Notes: generated from the sequence alone by a model not told the origin. Numbered from the stretch's first letter, positions 41,296 through 55,852 are shown. The stretch: DNA of 64,000 nucleotides from Octopus sinensis (GCF_006345805.1 NC_042999.1:61132001-61196000); one strand, 5' to 3'. Translations and numbers: made by a program.

Positions 41296-41552
41296 AAATC
41301 ATAAATTAGGGTATCTACGAGATACCCCCATGCTGAAAATAGCAGTCATGATCTGACTCTAAAACCACCTTAATTGCCCTTATATTAACACGGAGATAAA
41401 ACAATGAGACTAGATGAAACTAGTAAAGTTTTATCTTGTCTCTTTGTTTTCTCTCTTTGTTGATATATGAACAATTAAGGTGGTGTTAGAGTCAGATCAT
41501 GGCTGCTATTTTCAGCATGGTGGTATCTCTTAGATAGCCTAATTTATAATTA
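41296..41552. repeat. Foldback element, ~80-bp arms, between (TA)n tracts
   Basis: ..CATGCTGAAAATAGCAGTCATGATCTGACTCTAAAACCACCTTAATTG versus CAATTAAGGTGGTGTTAGAGTCAGATCATGGCTGCTATTTTCAGCATG.. Confidence 0.92.
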
Positions 41553-41574
41553 TATATATATATATATATATATA

Positions 41575-42246
41575 TAAATTAATAAATAAATAAAATATAT
41601 GCATATATACATGCATATATGTACGTACCTACCTCTACATGTATATATACATGCATATATGGGTACAGGACACCAAAAAAACGTCGAACACAATGAGAAA
41701 CGAAAAGATAAACACAAAATCAAGGAAATGGACATTTTTTTAAAACAACGAAAAAATAAGAGTACAGGACATACAAAACAAGGAAGATTCCCCTTCTTCA
41801 GTCGCCTTAATTTTATCTACTTCACGTTTCGAAGGTCAAGGCGATACATGTGTTCGATGAAATTTTCCTTCCCGCGAAAATCAAATTAAATAAGATTTGA
41901 GGTTTTTTTGCGGAGGGGTAAAAATGGTAACAAAAACAGGATAGTAACGACAGTCGTTACTATCCTGGAGTAGATGAAATTGGAGTAGATGACAATGGAG
42001 TAGATGAAATTAAGGCGACTGAAGAAGGGGAATTTTCCTTGTTTTGTATGTCCTGTACTCTATTTTTTCGTTGTTTTAAAAAAATGTGAATTTCCTTGGT
42101 TTTGTGTTTATCTTTTCGTTTCTCATTGTGTTCGACGTTTTTTTTTGGTGTCTTGTACCCATATATGCATGTATATATACATGTAGAGGTAGGTACGTAC
42201 ATATATGTATGTATATATGCATATATTTTAGTTATTTATTAATTTA
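41575..42246. mobile_element. Penelope-like element with ~245-bp inverted duplication
   Basis: 41575-41820 versus reverse complement of 41996-42246, high identity. CTGAAGA box in each arm; related to 2940-3300 and 60030-60260. Confidence 0.8.
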
Positions 42247-42377
42247 TTGTATGACAGAACGCACGCATCCCTTTCTAAGTAAGATTGTTCTTAATATATG
42301 GTTATATATATATATACAATATATCATATATATAATATATATATATAATATATATACATATATTATATATATATATA

Positions 42378-42453
<76 letters not shown>

Positions 42454-42952
42454 GCATACACTCATGCATATTTACTTATGAAGACGCATACGTACATATA
42501 GTGTTTGTGTATGAGTGTGCGTGTGTGTGTATATATATGAATGTGTGTGAATGCGTGCGTGCATGTGTGTGTTTGTGTGTATGTTTGTGAGTATGCATGT
42601 GTTTTGTACGTGTTCCTATGTATACAATGCACGAATTAATCCAGAATGTATTCATGTAATGAAAATTAATATATGTATGATGACGAAATGAAAAATAATA
42701 TGAGTGGTAACTGCATAAAGATAGAACACATTTGAGAGTAATCAATTTTAAAGACAGAGCAGATGGATTTTTTTATTGTTTTGCAGAAATAAAAATGAAT
42801 TTAATTATAACTAAATTGCTATGAGTTGCAGACGAAATGGATGCACACTAAATGCGTTATAAGAATGTGGTAAATATTTAAAATATTCAGCTTCTGAAAA
42901 TTCTGGTCAAAACAGGTTATTTCAAACGCGGTACAATGAAGAGGTACCCTGA

Positions 42953-43013
<61 letters not shown>

Positions 43014-43371
43014 ATGATGTATTCTGTTTAGAACGTAATGGAGTATAATATAAATGTCGTCCACCTTCAGATTTGACCTTGGGCTCTCCGGTAGTAGTAG
43101 TAGTAGTAATAATAGTAGTAGTAGTAGTTGTAGTCGTAGTATATCTTCAGTTTTCGGTTGGGCTTCTCTTGTATGTCAAAGGATAATTGAAAAGATTGGA
43201 GTCAACAACGAGTATTTAATTTCATGCAAGCAATTGTTTCTACGCAATGTCTCTGGTTGTATTTCTATATGTACGTTTGCGTGGACTTCCCGCGTGTTTC
43301 GTATGCATGGAGGTAAGTATCTAGTTTCTCCCTCCCTCTCTCTCTCTTTTATATATATATATATATTATAT

Positions 43372-43416
<45 letters not shown>

Positions 43417-43539
43417 ATGGAATAATTACTATGAAGTATTGTGTTGAATATTTGTATAAATAATCGTGGTTAAAACCAGAACAATGCGGAGTAAATCACA
43501 AGAAAACAAATATATGAATTAATGTAGACTTACCTTGTA

Positions 43540-43575
43540 TTCAATATTTCGGGGTTATGACCCCATTTTCAAGAA
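43540..43575 (-). ncRNA. Degenerate minimal hammerhead motif
   Basis: Reverse complement TTC-TTGAAAA-T-GGGG/TCATAA/CCCC-GAAAT-AT-T-GAA: all three stems pair; core C3 and G8 substituted. Confidence 0.45.
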
Positions 43576-43610
43576 ATTAACGAATGTTGCTACTATGATT
43601 GTATGTGAGC

Positions 43611-43659
<49 letters not shown>

Positions 43660-43899
43660 ATCTAGAAGCCGAGAATTTGAACTTACAGAGACAATATCTA
43701 TATATCGCCTGAGGAAACACACTTAGATCTCATAACGAAGGGAAACGGTTGCTTAATCAAGTACTTGCATGGCTGCAGAAGTACGCAGCATAGTAACAAT
43801 GGTAGTGATTGAAAATGAATGCCCAACCGTACACCGTGTTGACTCCAAATTTTTCCAATTATATATATTAAATATAATATAATATATAATATATATATA

Positions 43900-43933
<34 letters not shown>

Positions 43934-43941
43934 CATTTATA

Positions 43942-44023
<82 letters not shown>

Positions 44024-44034
44024 CTATATAGTTT

Positions 44035-44225
44035 ATCCAAACAAGAAAGCACAAAACACACAACAACGCGAGGCCGTGAACAAATATAGTATTATTGGAC
44101 GCTCAGGAAAGAAGGAAGAAGGAGGGTTAACGTTTCGAGTGGAGCTCTTCGTCGGAAACATAGGAGAAGGAAAGATCCAGATAAGGGAAGACAGGGAAAA
44201 AAATCGCCAACGTTACACACGAGGT
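44035..44225 (-). mobile_element. Short Penelope-like element with hammerhead motif (44126-44159)
   Basis: Reverse complement TTT-CCGACGA-A-GAG/CTCCA/CTC-GAAAC-GT-T-AAC (U4>C). Paralog of 50228-50420; flanked by (TA)n. Confidence 0.7.
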
Positions 44226-44266
44226 CACAATATATATACCTTGTTTCACATTTATGTGCTTACTCC

Positions 44267-44310
<44 letters not shown>

Positions 44311-45969
44311 GTGTGTGTGTGTGTGTGGTGTGGTGTGTGTGGTGTGGTGTGTGTGTGTATGTGTATGTGTGTGGTGTGTGTGTGTATGTGTGTGGTATGT
44401 GTGTGTGTGTGTTGTGTGTGTGAGGTAAAAGATTTGGCAGTAATCGTTAGCTTTTTTCGCTGTTGTAATCCAATGCTTATTTTATATAAGCATGTGAAGA
44501 AAAAATTGTCATGGTTATACGCGCATATTCTGTATTATATTCTTTTTAAGACAATAATGTATAGGGAAAATTTGGCAGCCCTTTCTAGTAAATCGAGCAG
44601 CCGCATAGAAGTGACCTTCGTTTTTGTAATAAGATAGGGTGTGATCTTCAGAGAGATTTGCCTGTTATTTCTGCATCAGACTTGCAAATGGTTGCCGTCA
44701 TTGTTGGCTTGTCTACTACCACGAACAGGACATGCTAGGTAAGATCATCTAAGTAAAATTTTATCTGAAATATAAGAGATGATTGCTTAAAAGGCTTGGT
44801 TGAAAGGCCTAGTGGATGGAGCTTGGTCTGAAGCAGACAATATTTCAGTAACTTAAAGAAAAGATTGTTGTCTTGATCAAGTGATAAGCTACAAATGAAA
44901 TGTTGTAATTTATATTCACCAGCTTGAATACAGAAGCTTTTAAGCCATTACCATCAAATTAGGCACGTAGTCTATGCAAGACCATCTTGTCTGAAAATTA
45001 CTTTATTTCATAGACTGTAAGGTAGAAGTGAGTGAAACTTGGTCACTATTTCTAACAAACAGAGTGACCTCTTCCGGTACCTCATTGATCACACTACATA
45101 CTCGAAATATTGTGTGTTGAGATACAACATAATTAATCAATTACTTATCTTGTTTTATCTACTTCAGTAATAAGTGAGGTATGTCCCACATATTTAGGTC
45201 TTATTGTGAGCTCGTGATCAAAGCGTAGATTTTTAAATAATTACCAGTGTAATGATAACTATGAGAATGTACAGAGAGTACATTGGGTACTCCACCCAAC
45301 ATACGAGAGAACGGTGGACAAAAAATACAAGTATATTGAAAAGAAATTACTGCATGATAGTTTTATAGTTTAACGCCACTGCCAGTGCTTGGGTGGTTTT
45401 AAGGAAGGCTACTATTTTGGTAGCGTAGAGATGAAACTTCCAGGAGAGAATAACTTCCTCCTTTCTTTCTACCAATCTCCTAGGCACTTCAAGGGATCAT
45501 GAACACTGCCCCCCGCCGCCCCGACTAAATGATAAAATGGTGGAATTAGAAGCAAACTTTAAATAAAATACTGGTGTCGTTTTAGTCAACTAAACTCTTC
45601 GAGGCAGTGATTTGTAGTGGTCGGTGTTCACTGATTTAACCAAGTAATAGAACAAAATCTTTAAGTTAATATTACGTTAAATGCAGGGACTATATAAAAT
45701 AAAATAACAAGAGATTATTGTAAGTTATGCAGTAAAATGGATTAAATTTAAGCTGTGATCGACCAAGTAAAAGAACAGGCTGTATACGGTGTCTCTATTT
45801 GTTAGAAATAGTGACCAAATTTCACTCATTGCTACCATACAAAAATTATTGTAGTTAATCGTACTATCAAAGGTTACTCCAGATGGGGATAAGTTTTTAG
45901 TCATCATCGAAAGGTAAAATTCATCCTACTTATTAATGGAATTCGAAAAATTTCACTTACATATAAAAT

Positions 45970-45972
<3 letters not shown>

Positions 45973-46049
<77 letters not shown>
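45973..46049. repeat. (CT)n microsatellite
   Basis: Read directly. Confidence 0.98.
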
Positions 46050-46050
<1 letters not shown>

Positions 46051-46057
46051 GTCGCGA

Positions 46058-46246
46058 GTCACAGGCGTGGTTGTGTGGTAAGAAGCTTGCTTCGTAAACC
46101 ACATGGTTCTGAATTCAGTTCCACTGAATGGCACCTTGAAAATATGTCCTCTACTATAACGTTGGGCTTACCAAAACCTTGTGAGTGGATTTGGTAGGCG
46201 AAAACTAAAAGAATCCAGTCGTAGGTATGTATATTGTGTGTGTGTG

Positions 46247-46287
<41 letters not shown>

Positions 46288-46480
46288 ATCACCCACTACC
46301 GCTTGATAGTCCGTGTTGACGCGTTTACTTCACTGTAACCTAGAGGTTCGGTATTAATGACCGATAGAATAAGTAACAGCTTAAAATAATTAAGTAATAG
46401 TGTTGATTCATTCAAGTAAAAATTCTTCAAGGACGTGCCCCAGCATGGCCACAGTCAAATAGTTACAACACATGAAAAAT
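46058..46480 (+). mobile_element. SINE family 1, diverged full-length copy with internal (TG)n
   Basis: Head CAGGCGTGGTTGTGTGGTAAGAAGCTTGC; tail CAGCATGGCCACAGTCAAAT. Confidence 0.85.
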
Positions 46481-46561
46481 ATGTGTGCGTGTGTGTGCGT
46501 GTGTGTATGTGTGTATTTGTATGTGTGTGTGTATGTGTGTATGTACATATATGGGAAATTG

Positions 46562-46737
46562 TACTGGCGGTTGCTTCCGGAGTATGTGAGGGAGAGAAAT
46601 AGAGTTGACGAAGAAATAGAAAGGAGAGTGAAGTCTCCCTCTAAGGTGAGATAACCGCTGTTTCTTCGTCAAATCTATTTCTCTCCCTCTCTTACTCTGA
46701 AAGCAACCGAATGTGGCAGCACCAACATTCGCCAGTA
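46562..46737. repeat. Foldback element, ~52-bp arms plus outer 8-bp stem, next to (TA)n
   Basis: 46568-46619 versus reverse complement of 46658-46709, about 45/52; TACTGGCG/CGCCAGTA closes an outer stem. Confidence 0.9.
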
Positions 46738-46760
46738 GAACCGCCAGAGAACCGCTGAGG

Positions 46761-46833
<73 letters not shown>

Positions 46834-46851
46834 CATACATACATACATACA

Positions 46852-46887
<36 letters not shown>

Positions 46888-46892
46888 TATAT

Positions 46893-46950
<58 letters not shown>

Positions 46951-48508
46951 TGAACAGTTCGAGGAAATCGGTTATGGCTCGCTGTAAAGTTTGAGAGTTT
47001 GGATAAATTCGTCTGCTGTGGGAGGAGTTTCCACACCGACTATGAGATACTTCAAAATCTCCTTATTTACTCTTCCCTCCACTGCATACAAATTTATTCA
47101 GACTCCTTACACCTCACCGTAAAGTATTGTACACTGGTTGGAAAGTAAAATAAAATTAGCGAATAAATAACACATAGATGTCAACTGCATGAAAAACAAT
47201 TGTTTCGGTTATTGGGTACGACACTGCCAGCTCTCTCCGCTGGTCGTCTGGTAGTCAATCAAAGCGACCATATATATATATATATATATACCCTTTCATT
47301 GTCGACATAACTGATGTAATTTGTAACAAATAGAGAATATAATAAATCCGGTCACACATTGGATTTGCTTACAATTTATTGTAGCACTGTTTATTGTCCC
47401 TGTTGCATGCTGTGTGAACAATATAAGGTATAATAATATATACACGAGCAAACAGGCATAGAAGAGAAAAAAGATAGATATAAGGATATGTATGTCTGAA
47501 AGGGGATGTGTTTTCTATACCTGTATGTGTATGTGGCTTCCTAATAAGAAAATTAGGCTTTATTTGTGTAAACTCATATAAAAGCTAGCTTAATTTATAT
47601 GTAGTAATAACATATAATTCCCTGGCTACTTTCTACATGCACTTTCTATCCATTCACATTGCACAAACGCTTTACGTAAAGTATTGGTTTTTCAAGCCAC
47701 AGTTAGAATGCCATATATTTTATTTAGTAACTTCACGTAGCTGTCGATAAACGAATAACTATGCTTCTCAAGCTAAACGATGATGACTCATCTTGCTGAA
47801 ATTTGCTTTCTGTTAGCGACACCAGTTCCGTGATACTAACTGAGAGGAAAGATTTCCTTCCTGGCTATTTTCTTTCTCTATTTTTTTCCCCCTGAAATTG
47901 AATTCCTAATAAAAAAGGAGTGGAGGCGGGATTTGGAAACTTTCTTAGTGCATATCATCAAATTTGTTAAAAGTTATAAAACCAAGTTGGGAAACTTTCT
48001 CAGTGCATCATCATCATCCAGTTGTTTGAACGCTAGAAAGTTATGCGCGTATAAAATACCTTCGATAAAGTACTTCTGTAAAAAAAAAGTAATGGATCAC
48101 TTTATTTACAAAACAGAATCGGTTGAGCTTCGGATAAATCACCTTGCAGCATTTATTTTGTAACGCCTCCATAAATTTGAATCTAAATAATTTATACAAG
48201 CCAGTCTGATGGGAGTTTCGATGAAGACAACTATATGCCTCCCCACGACTCTCATTGTATACATGCTAGAAATTACTATTATAAATCGTGCACAATGTGA
48301 GCCAAATTAATTTTAATGGAGTGTTGCAAAGGCAAAAGTTGCGCCTATGCCCTCAGCATACCCTCCGGATGCAAAATACAGTCAACCACTTCTAGCAACT
48401 GAGCAGTTCTTACACACTACAGTAGCTCGTACCGGGAGATACTGACTAATAAATAATGAATAACTCAGTTCTGATATACATAGCAAACAATTTGTCCTCA
48501 CTACCATG

Positions 48509-48880
48509 AAGGCGGCGATCTGGCCGAAATGCGTAGCCGTATTTTGTCTGCCATTACGTTCTGAGTTCAAATTCTGCCGAGGTCGACTTTGCCTTTCATC
48601 CCTTCGGGGTCGATAAATTAAGTACCATTTACGCACTGGGGTCGATGTAATCAACTTAATCCGTTTGTCTTCTCTGTGTTTAGCCCCTTGTGGGTAGTAA
48701 AGAAATATGTATTTCGTCTGCCATTACGCACTGAGTTCAAATTTCGCCGAGGTCGACTTTGCCTTTCATCCTTTAGGGGTCGATAAATTAAGTACCAGTT
48801 ACGCACTGGGGTCGATGTAATCGACTTAATCTCTTTGTCAGTCCTTGTTTGTCCCCTCTATGGGCAATAAAGAAAAAAAA
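48509..48880 (+). mobile_element. SINE family 2 tandem dimer (second unit 5' truncated, junction ~48710)
   Basis: Body TTCTGAGTTCAAATT..GGGGTCGATGTAATC occurs twice; ACTACCAT on both flanks. Confidence 0.9.
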
Positions 48881-50182
48881 TTACACTCTACTACCATAAC
48901 ATCTGAAAGAGGCATTCAGTAACATGGTACACAGAAGAATATGGCATATAATCACAACTGAAAATGTCTTTCATCATAGATTTTCTTATTCGGAGCTGAC
49001 CCGACAACAGCAATAAGATTCTGCAAGAAATCTCTCTTTTCATCAATTTCTTTCTTTTTAACTTTCAGCTTGATCTTTTGAAAACTTAGCGACTCCTCTC
49101 AAATGTCAAAATCAGTAATAAACACCCTCGACGAAACTACTTCCAAGCCTTCTCCTGTTTATAAGTCTTACAAACTCATACATATAGAGATAAAATGCAG
49201 AAAGATATCTTATTTTTCAAATGCACAAGGACACTAATTATTGTTCTCAAAAAAAAAAAAAAAAAAAATTTTGCCCCAACCGAATTCTATTACACTCTAT
49301 GGAAATAATTATACAGCGTCTCATCGGTAAGAAGCTACCCCACTGTTACTGCTAACGTCGTGTCTCTTTCACTAACAGCAGATCAAATCTGGTAGAAGCG
49401 TTTCTTAACAACGCCGTTTTCGGGGTTGTTAAGAATGACTCGTAAATCTAACAGAGAATGACCCTTTCATTTCAATGAACAGTGTTCATTGGTACTGAAA
49501 AATAGCAACGTTCGACCATAAAAAGCTGGCATAAAAATCATCCAGCTAAGCTTCAAGATAGTATCTGCTACCATCGAACAACTGCAGCGCTAACTTGCGG
49601 AAGGTCTCGGAGCACATTCTATCAATAATTCGTGGACCATAGGTTGTTACATCATGTCTTCCAGATTCTTTAGTACAGTGCTGTCATCACTGGTTTTATG
49701 CATTCCCATGTGGCTAGTCGTATTCTTGTGTGACGTAGATGTGTTTATCGCGGTGATTTAACATGCAAGTTCTGAAGCATGTTTTCGCCGCAAAGCGTAT
49801 GTGAGCCATGCCCAGTTGATTTATTATTTAGACTATATCAGGTCATGTAGGTTTGTGTTGCTTTTGTTGTTGTTGCTCATAATAGAATCGTTTAGTCCTA
49901 AATTAGTCCAAATCGACCAGATCTTGTTGGTCAAGGTATTTCAGCCATCACCATCACACACATACACACACACACACACACCACACACACACACACATAT
50001 AATATATATGTTTTATCGTATCTTTAATTTTTTCTATATGGTTTGATTTAAGTATATCATTGTTGAATTGCTTCATGGTGGTTCTTCTCTAATTTATATA
50101 CATATACATACACACACACATACATACATACATACATAAACATACATACATACATACATACATACATACATACATACATACA

Positions 50183-50218
<36 letters not shown>

Positions 50219-50227
50219 TATACATAG

Positions 50228-50420
50228 CTAATCGAAACCTGAAAACACAAAGAGAAAACACAATAACGCGGCGACGCGGAACAAGTATAGTATTATAGGA
50301 CGCTCAGGAAAAGAAAGAAAGGAGGAGGATTTAACGCTTCGAGCAGAGCTCTTCGTCAGAAACATAGAAAAGGAAAGGTTCAAGGAAAGGAAGACGGAGA
50401 AAGAAAATCGCCAACGATAC
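50228..50420 (-). mobile_element. Short Penelope-like element with hammerhead motif (50330-50362)
   Basis: Reverse complement TTT-CTGACGA-A-GAGC/TCT/GCTC-GAAGC-GT-T-AAA (only A15.1>G). Embedded in (TACA)n/(CA)n. Confidence 0.72.
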
Positions 50421-50511
50421 ACACGCGGTCACACACACGCGGTCACACACGCGGTCACACACACACACAAACACACACACACACACACACATTAATATAT
50501 ATATATCATTC

Positions 50512-50730
50512 ATCCTCGTCATCATTTAACGGTCGATTTCCATGCTGTCATGAATTGGACGCTTTGACAAGAACTGGTAAGACCGGGGAACTCCGCAAGT
50601 TCTATTGTCTGTTCTGACATGGTTTTCTACAGCTGGATGCTCTTCCTGACGCTAACCACCTTACAGAGGTACTGAGTGCTTATTTATATATAGCACCAGC
50701 GCCAGTGCTTTTAACGTGGGACCAGTATAC
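50512..50730 (-). mobile_element. Retroposon 3' end with (GAT)n-like tail
   Basis: CATCATTCATCCTCGTCATCATTTAACGGTCGATTTCCATGC..CTACAGCTGGATGCTCTTCCTGACGCTAACCAC; recognised from memory as a common invertebrate retroposon tail, family not certain. Confidence 0.5.
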
Positions 50731-51304
50731 GTATGTTTACTTATTATTGTATGTTATTTATTATTTCAGGCTTCACTATAATTTCTACTTTTCGTTGAAT
50801 TACTTGGTATACATTTGGAATTGCGAATTTCCTAACAACACTGTTTGGTGATCAGCATTGTTTTAAAACTGCTAATGAATTTTCTTCACTATCTGCTCTG
50901 TGTGATTCTGTGTAACAAATCCGCAGCGTGCCACCCGTTGATGTGTATAATATATCTATTGCTAGTTCGATGAACAAAGCTTTATATCAATCAGTAATAG
51001 GGTTATATATGATCGAGTATGCCTATGGTCAAAGGCTTTCCAGCCGTGCTCAGTTCCTAATTATCGATATTGCGGACTGATTTTTGCAGTGACTGCTAAT
51101 TTAAGACACTGGAGTATGGTTTCAGAGACATTTTTAATGCTATTTCTGTCAAGTAGAGCGAAAAGGTAGGAATACTATTGAGGAGTGAATTCTAAAGTTC
51201 TATTCAATAAAAAGCTGGTGCTGGGTACAAATGATGATACAAAGTAAGAGTGATGAGCAAGGAGGAGATTTGTGCAGCTTTGTTGTGGGTGGTATTCAAC
51301 TAGT

Positions 51305-51540
51305 TAAGGCGGCGAGCTGGCAGAAACGTTACACGCCGGTCGAAATGCTTAGCGGTATTTCGTCTGCCGTTACCTTCTGAGTTCAAATTCCGCCGAGGTC
51401 AACTTTGCCTTTCATCCTTTCGGGGTCGATTAAATAAGTACCAGTTACGCACTGGGGTCGATATAATCGACTTAATCCGTTTGCCTGTCCGTGTTTGTTC
51501 CCTCTGTGTTTAGCCCCTTGTGGGTAGTAAATAAATAGGT
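51305..51540 (+). mobile_element. SINE family 2, full length
   Basis: Complete head to tail; 17-bp TSD GGTATTCAA(C/A)TAGTTAA at 51291 and 51538. Confidence 0.93.
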
Positions 51541-51591
51541 ATTCAAATAGTTAACTCAGTGTAGTAGAGGTAGTTGTAGTAGCAGAGATAT

Positions 51592-51908
51592 GGGGGTGCG
51601 TGACTTATTGCTTACCATATTCCGCTCACGATTGTAAGGTAGTGGGTTCGAAAACCAGTGGTGCGTTGCATCCTTCAGAAAGACATTTATTTCATGCTGC
51701 CCCAGCCCAGCCAGCTGGCCAAATCGAGTACCTATAATTCAAAGGGCTATACTTGCCACATTCCGTGTCACACTGATTCTCCCTGAGAACTATGTTAAGG
51801 GTACGCGTGTCTGTGGAAAGCTCAGCTACATACACCACGATTTTACGAGCAGCCTCTTCCGTTGATCGGATCAACTAGAACCCCCATCCTCGTAATCGAC
51901 AGAATGCC
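51592..51908 (+). mobile_element. Diverged SINE, head A + tail Y
   Basis: Aligns with the reverse complement of 39561-39877 (GAGAACTATGTTAAGGGTACGCGTGTCTGTGG). Confidence 0.75.
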
Positions 51909-54891
51909 AGTTAATGGCAGAGAGAATGGCAAACCGTATGTGACCTGAGATTGTAGCTTGTCTCTTAGTCAATTCTAGCAATCAATTAACTGGAGTTTGT
52001 AAATGATTTGCACGTATTTTGCATGAAGTAGCTGCACCAGTCATATATAGGAGCCATGCTGCATTTCAGATCTTATTTCTGCTTCCGAAACGGCTCGCTA
52101 TTATTCAGAGTTAAGAAGCCAGACTTATTCTCAGTATGCCATTTCAGCTACATTATATATAAGGAATCTTTAGCAAACTTCGTCGTAGTAGGGAGATTTA
52201 GTATCTGCGACGACATTGGCTTCTATCGTATGTTATCCAAGGATGTGAAGTAGAAGTTGTTTTTTACTTTCTTACGTGCAGTGATAGTTCTGTTTTCTTT
52301 TACGAAAAAGAAAGTTAGCACGTATAATTTTAGTTACACCCACATTAGAGGATGTTTTTGAAGTCGTTATTTACAGATACAATGCAACTTAATGTGAGGT
52401 GTTTTGTTGTATGTCTGTGACATCTATGGGTGGAAGGTAAGGGAGTGAAGAGTGAATTATGATGTCCTTATGACTTATTCAGAGGCGGAAGTGCGGCACC
52501 CATAACATATTGCGTGACGTCCGAGGATGAAGCGAAGTGGGAAGAAGCGAGAAGTGAAACATTTATGTTTGCTCCTCATACAAGAAATCTTATTCAAATG
52601 TTTGTATCTGAGTGAATTTCACTAAGTGCTCCAACGTTTCAGGTGGTATTGATGTCAACGGGGCTACAGATTAAGTTTAAAACTCGCAAGAAAAAAACAA
52701 AGAAACGTTACCCCACCTCTTTTGGTCCCGCCATTTAACTCGCAGCCTGCGGGTCACGTCGAGTCTATGTGCTGCCAAGTGGAATGCAAAAGTACGTAAT
52801 TACCTGGCGGTAATTTATCGACCTGGAGGTAATTTACCGACCTCGAAAGGATGAAGGCAGAATTTCAACTCAGAATTTAAAGACGGACGATATGGTACTG
52901 GTATAGCGATTGTAAAACGAAAAAAAAAAAACCTTCAATGCTTGAATACCTTTAATCATGGATGTAAATGATACGGTCTAAATTTCTTTTAAGATACAAA
53001 CAACATTTCGCTTATAAAACATTATTAAAGCCTGCTGCAGTCTTTAGACTTCACGACTGAAGAATATTCTCATATCTTTAGCTAACTCTTTGCTTGCATT
53101 AAATCCACTCAATCCAAAAGGAATATTATAATAGGTAAACCAGTAGGAGACTTATAGAGACTGCTTATAACGGAGAGATTCCATATTTCGTTTCATCTTG
53201 GTATCTGAGGTCCGTTCTGACCCCCGGACGGTGCTGCCAGACATGAGCCCTAATTATTGTTCAACCAGTTGAAGATCCTGCAGCTGAAGCATACCGCATT
53301 CCGAAGGGAGCCTGACTCCAAGACGTGTGTAATTTAGATCCACCGCAATGTGGACATGTACTAATAAAACGTGTAGCTACCTCTGTGTGTGTTAACCAAG
53401 ACTAAGCTATTATCTCAGGATAAGCTCGAAACTCAAAAATGCATGAAACTAGTGGAGTAACAACAGATAAGCCAGCAAAAGTGAAAGGGAAACCAGTGTT
53501 GTACCTTACCAAGGAAATATCAAGTATCTTCGCACTTTGGTATAGAGTTCCACGATCGCCAACTTCTGTCGGATTTGCACATGAATAGAAAGCCTTTGCT
53601 TAGATGATAGACTTTTTTCGTCACATGGTTTGACCCCCATCAGTTGGCACCTTGGGTAACTTTATCGGAACACGCCCTGTTGCAAGCATTCGAGTTACAC
53701 CACTTGTTTGAGAGTAACTTTCACCTATTAGTCTCATGATTATGGGTATTGTCGTTCCTCCAAGACTAAGCAATAACAGAAAACGTAGAATCGATAACGA
53801 TATCTCCTTTGAATATTTCACACGATTCTTAAGGGGTTAACACTATCGAAAAACTAGTTAATGTCTGGCTCACAAATGTCTTTACAGAATGTTGAAAAGA
53901 CTTAGATTCATAATTGATTTGACTACTATTGGTTCTAAAAGTGATCGGTAATATTTTAAGAGGTAAAAACCCCAGAGTCGAGATAATTGATCTCATTGTT
54001 GTGCTGTCTAATTTTAAATTAGAATAAACACCGAATTAATAAAGTATTGTACAACTGAGAGAACCTACAAATGATATAAGTTTACGAACCCAGTTTTAAC
54101 AATGGACGCTTTATAGTTTCTCTGAATGGTGCGTCGCATAACAAACATAGCAACATAAAAGGAATAAAGAAAAACGGAAAGAAAATCTTAAAGAAAAAAA
54201 TATATTGAGTATATTAATGCAGCGTGGTAATTAAAGGAAAATTACGTGCCTAGAGGCATAGACAACATTAGCAGTAGATTATATTAACCATTCACCTACT
54301 GTGGTCAGAGTTAGTTGAACGTTCAATCAAAATATATATTCTCACGGTTAATGATGTCGTAAACACGTTAATGGGAGGTATTTTCTATTTATCATCGCAG
54401 TAAACATAAACTACACTAAGATAAATGTACTTTCATTCGAGTGTAGTTTCTATTTGATTAGCCATGTTTATTATTTCACGTAAAATAAACCACATAGCTG
54501 GAACAGATCACACATTTTCAACGATCACGTGTAAAAATCAAATCATGAGAAAATAATTGAGTTGAAATATTGTTAGAACTTTTCGAAAATTCAGTTTACT
54601 AGTTCATATGTTTCAGTAAGGTGTTAATAGATGTTCTTTTGTTTATTTCTGAATAAGAGTTGTTCTGTCAGAGTATCTAACTAAGAGTTTCTACCAATGT
54701 GAAACAGGTGAAATGTTTGGTGAAATTTCGTGTAATGTCTGAAAGTCTATTATAAAATTAGTTAAGTACAAGGCACCCCATCGATTTGTACTATTCAAAA
54801 CCCGGTGGCAACAACATCTTTCAAACGGAAACCAGTCATCTTAGTTGTACTTATGTACCTATCACTGTGTTATTGCACACATCGATAATTT

Positions 54892-54928
<37 letters not shown>

Positions 54929-55057
54929 GTGTCTTTCTTCAAACGCATACATACTTACATTCATACATACATATATGTTTGTGTGTTGTGTTTGTGTATG
55001 TGTCTATATATAAATATACATATATATATATTATATATATATATATATATAGATATA

Positions 55058-55091
<34 letters not shown>

Positions 55092-55106
55092 ACATATATA
55101 CATTAA

Positions 55107-55142
<36 letters not shown>

Positions 55143-55208
55143 GTTTGTATGTATGTATAAGATGAAGATATAGATATTCATATCTATGGATACACACATA
55201 TATATATG

Positions 55209-55239
<31 letters not shown>

Positions 55240-55269
55240 GTGCGTATGCACTGTTATATTGCTGTATGC

Positions 55270-55321
<52 letters not shown>

Positions 55322-55441
55322 TATCCGTTTCTTGTATTATAATAGTATATGAATGTTAGCAACCAGTATCAATATACGTATTTTGCTATCTTTACCCTCC
55401 TCCTCTCAAGATATATATATATATGTGTGTGTGGTGTGTGT

Positions 55442-55498
<57 letters not shown>

Positions 55499-55582
55499 AT
55501 GCGTGTGTATACACACAGATACGAATAATTAAATACACATCCATATGTATAAATATATTACTACATAAGTATATACTGACAC

Positions 55583-55679
<97 letters not shown>

Positions 55680-55852
55680 GTGAATATCTCTTATATATTT
55701 TGAATGTCTCAGCAAAAATATTGCAACTCAGTATAAATTCTTATTTCAGAGACTTTGACAACCTATTAAAACAAATATTACTTTCGATCTCTTTCACAAA
55801 CTACCTATTATGTAGTAATGTGATCTTCACCGTCTTATATATATACGTATTT

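Noticed and set aside
53490-53720. Possible very old LINE RT fragment (KAF-like)
   Set aside because: Many stops; motif match not convincing by eye.
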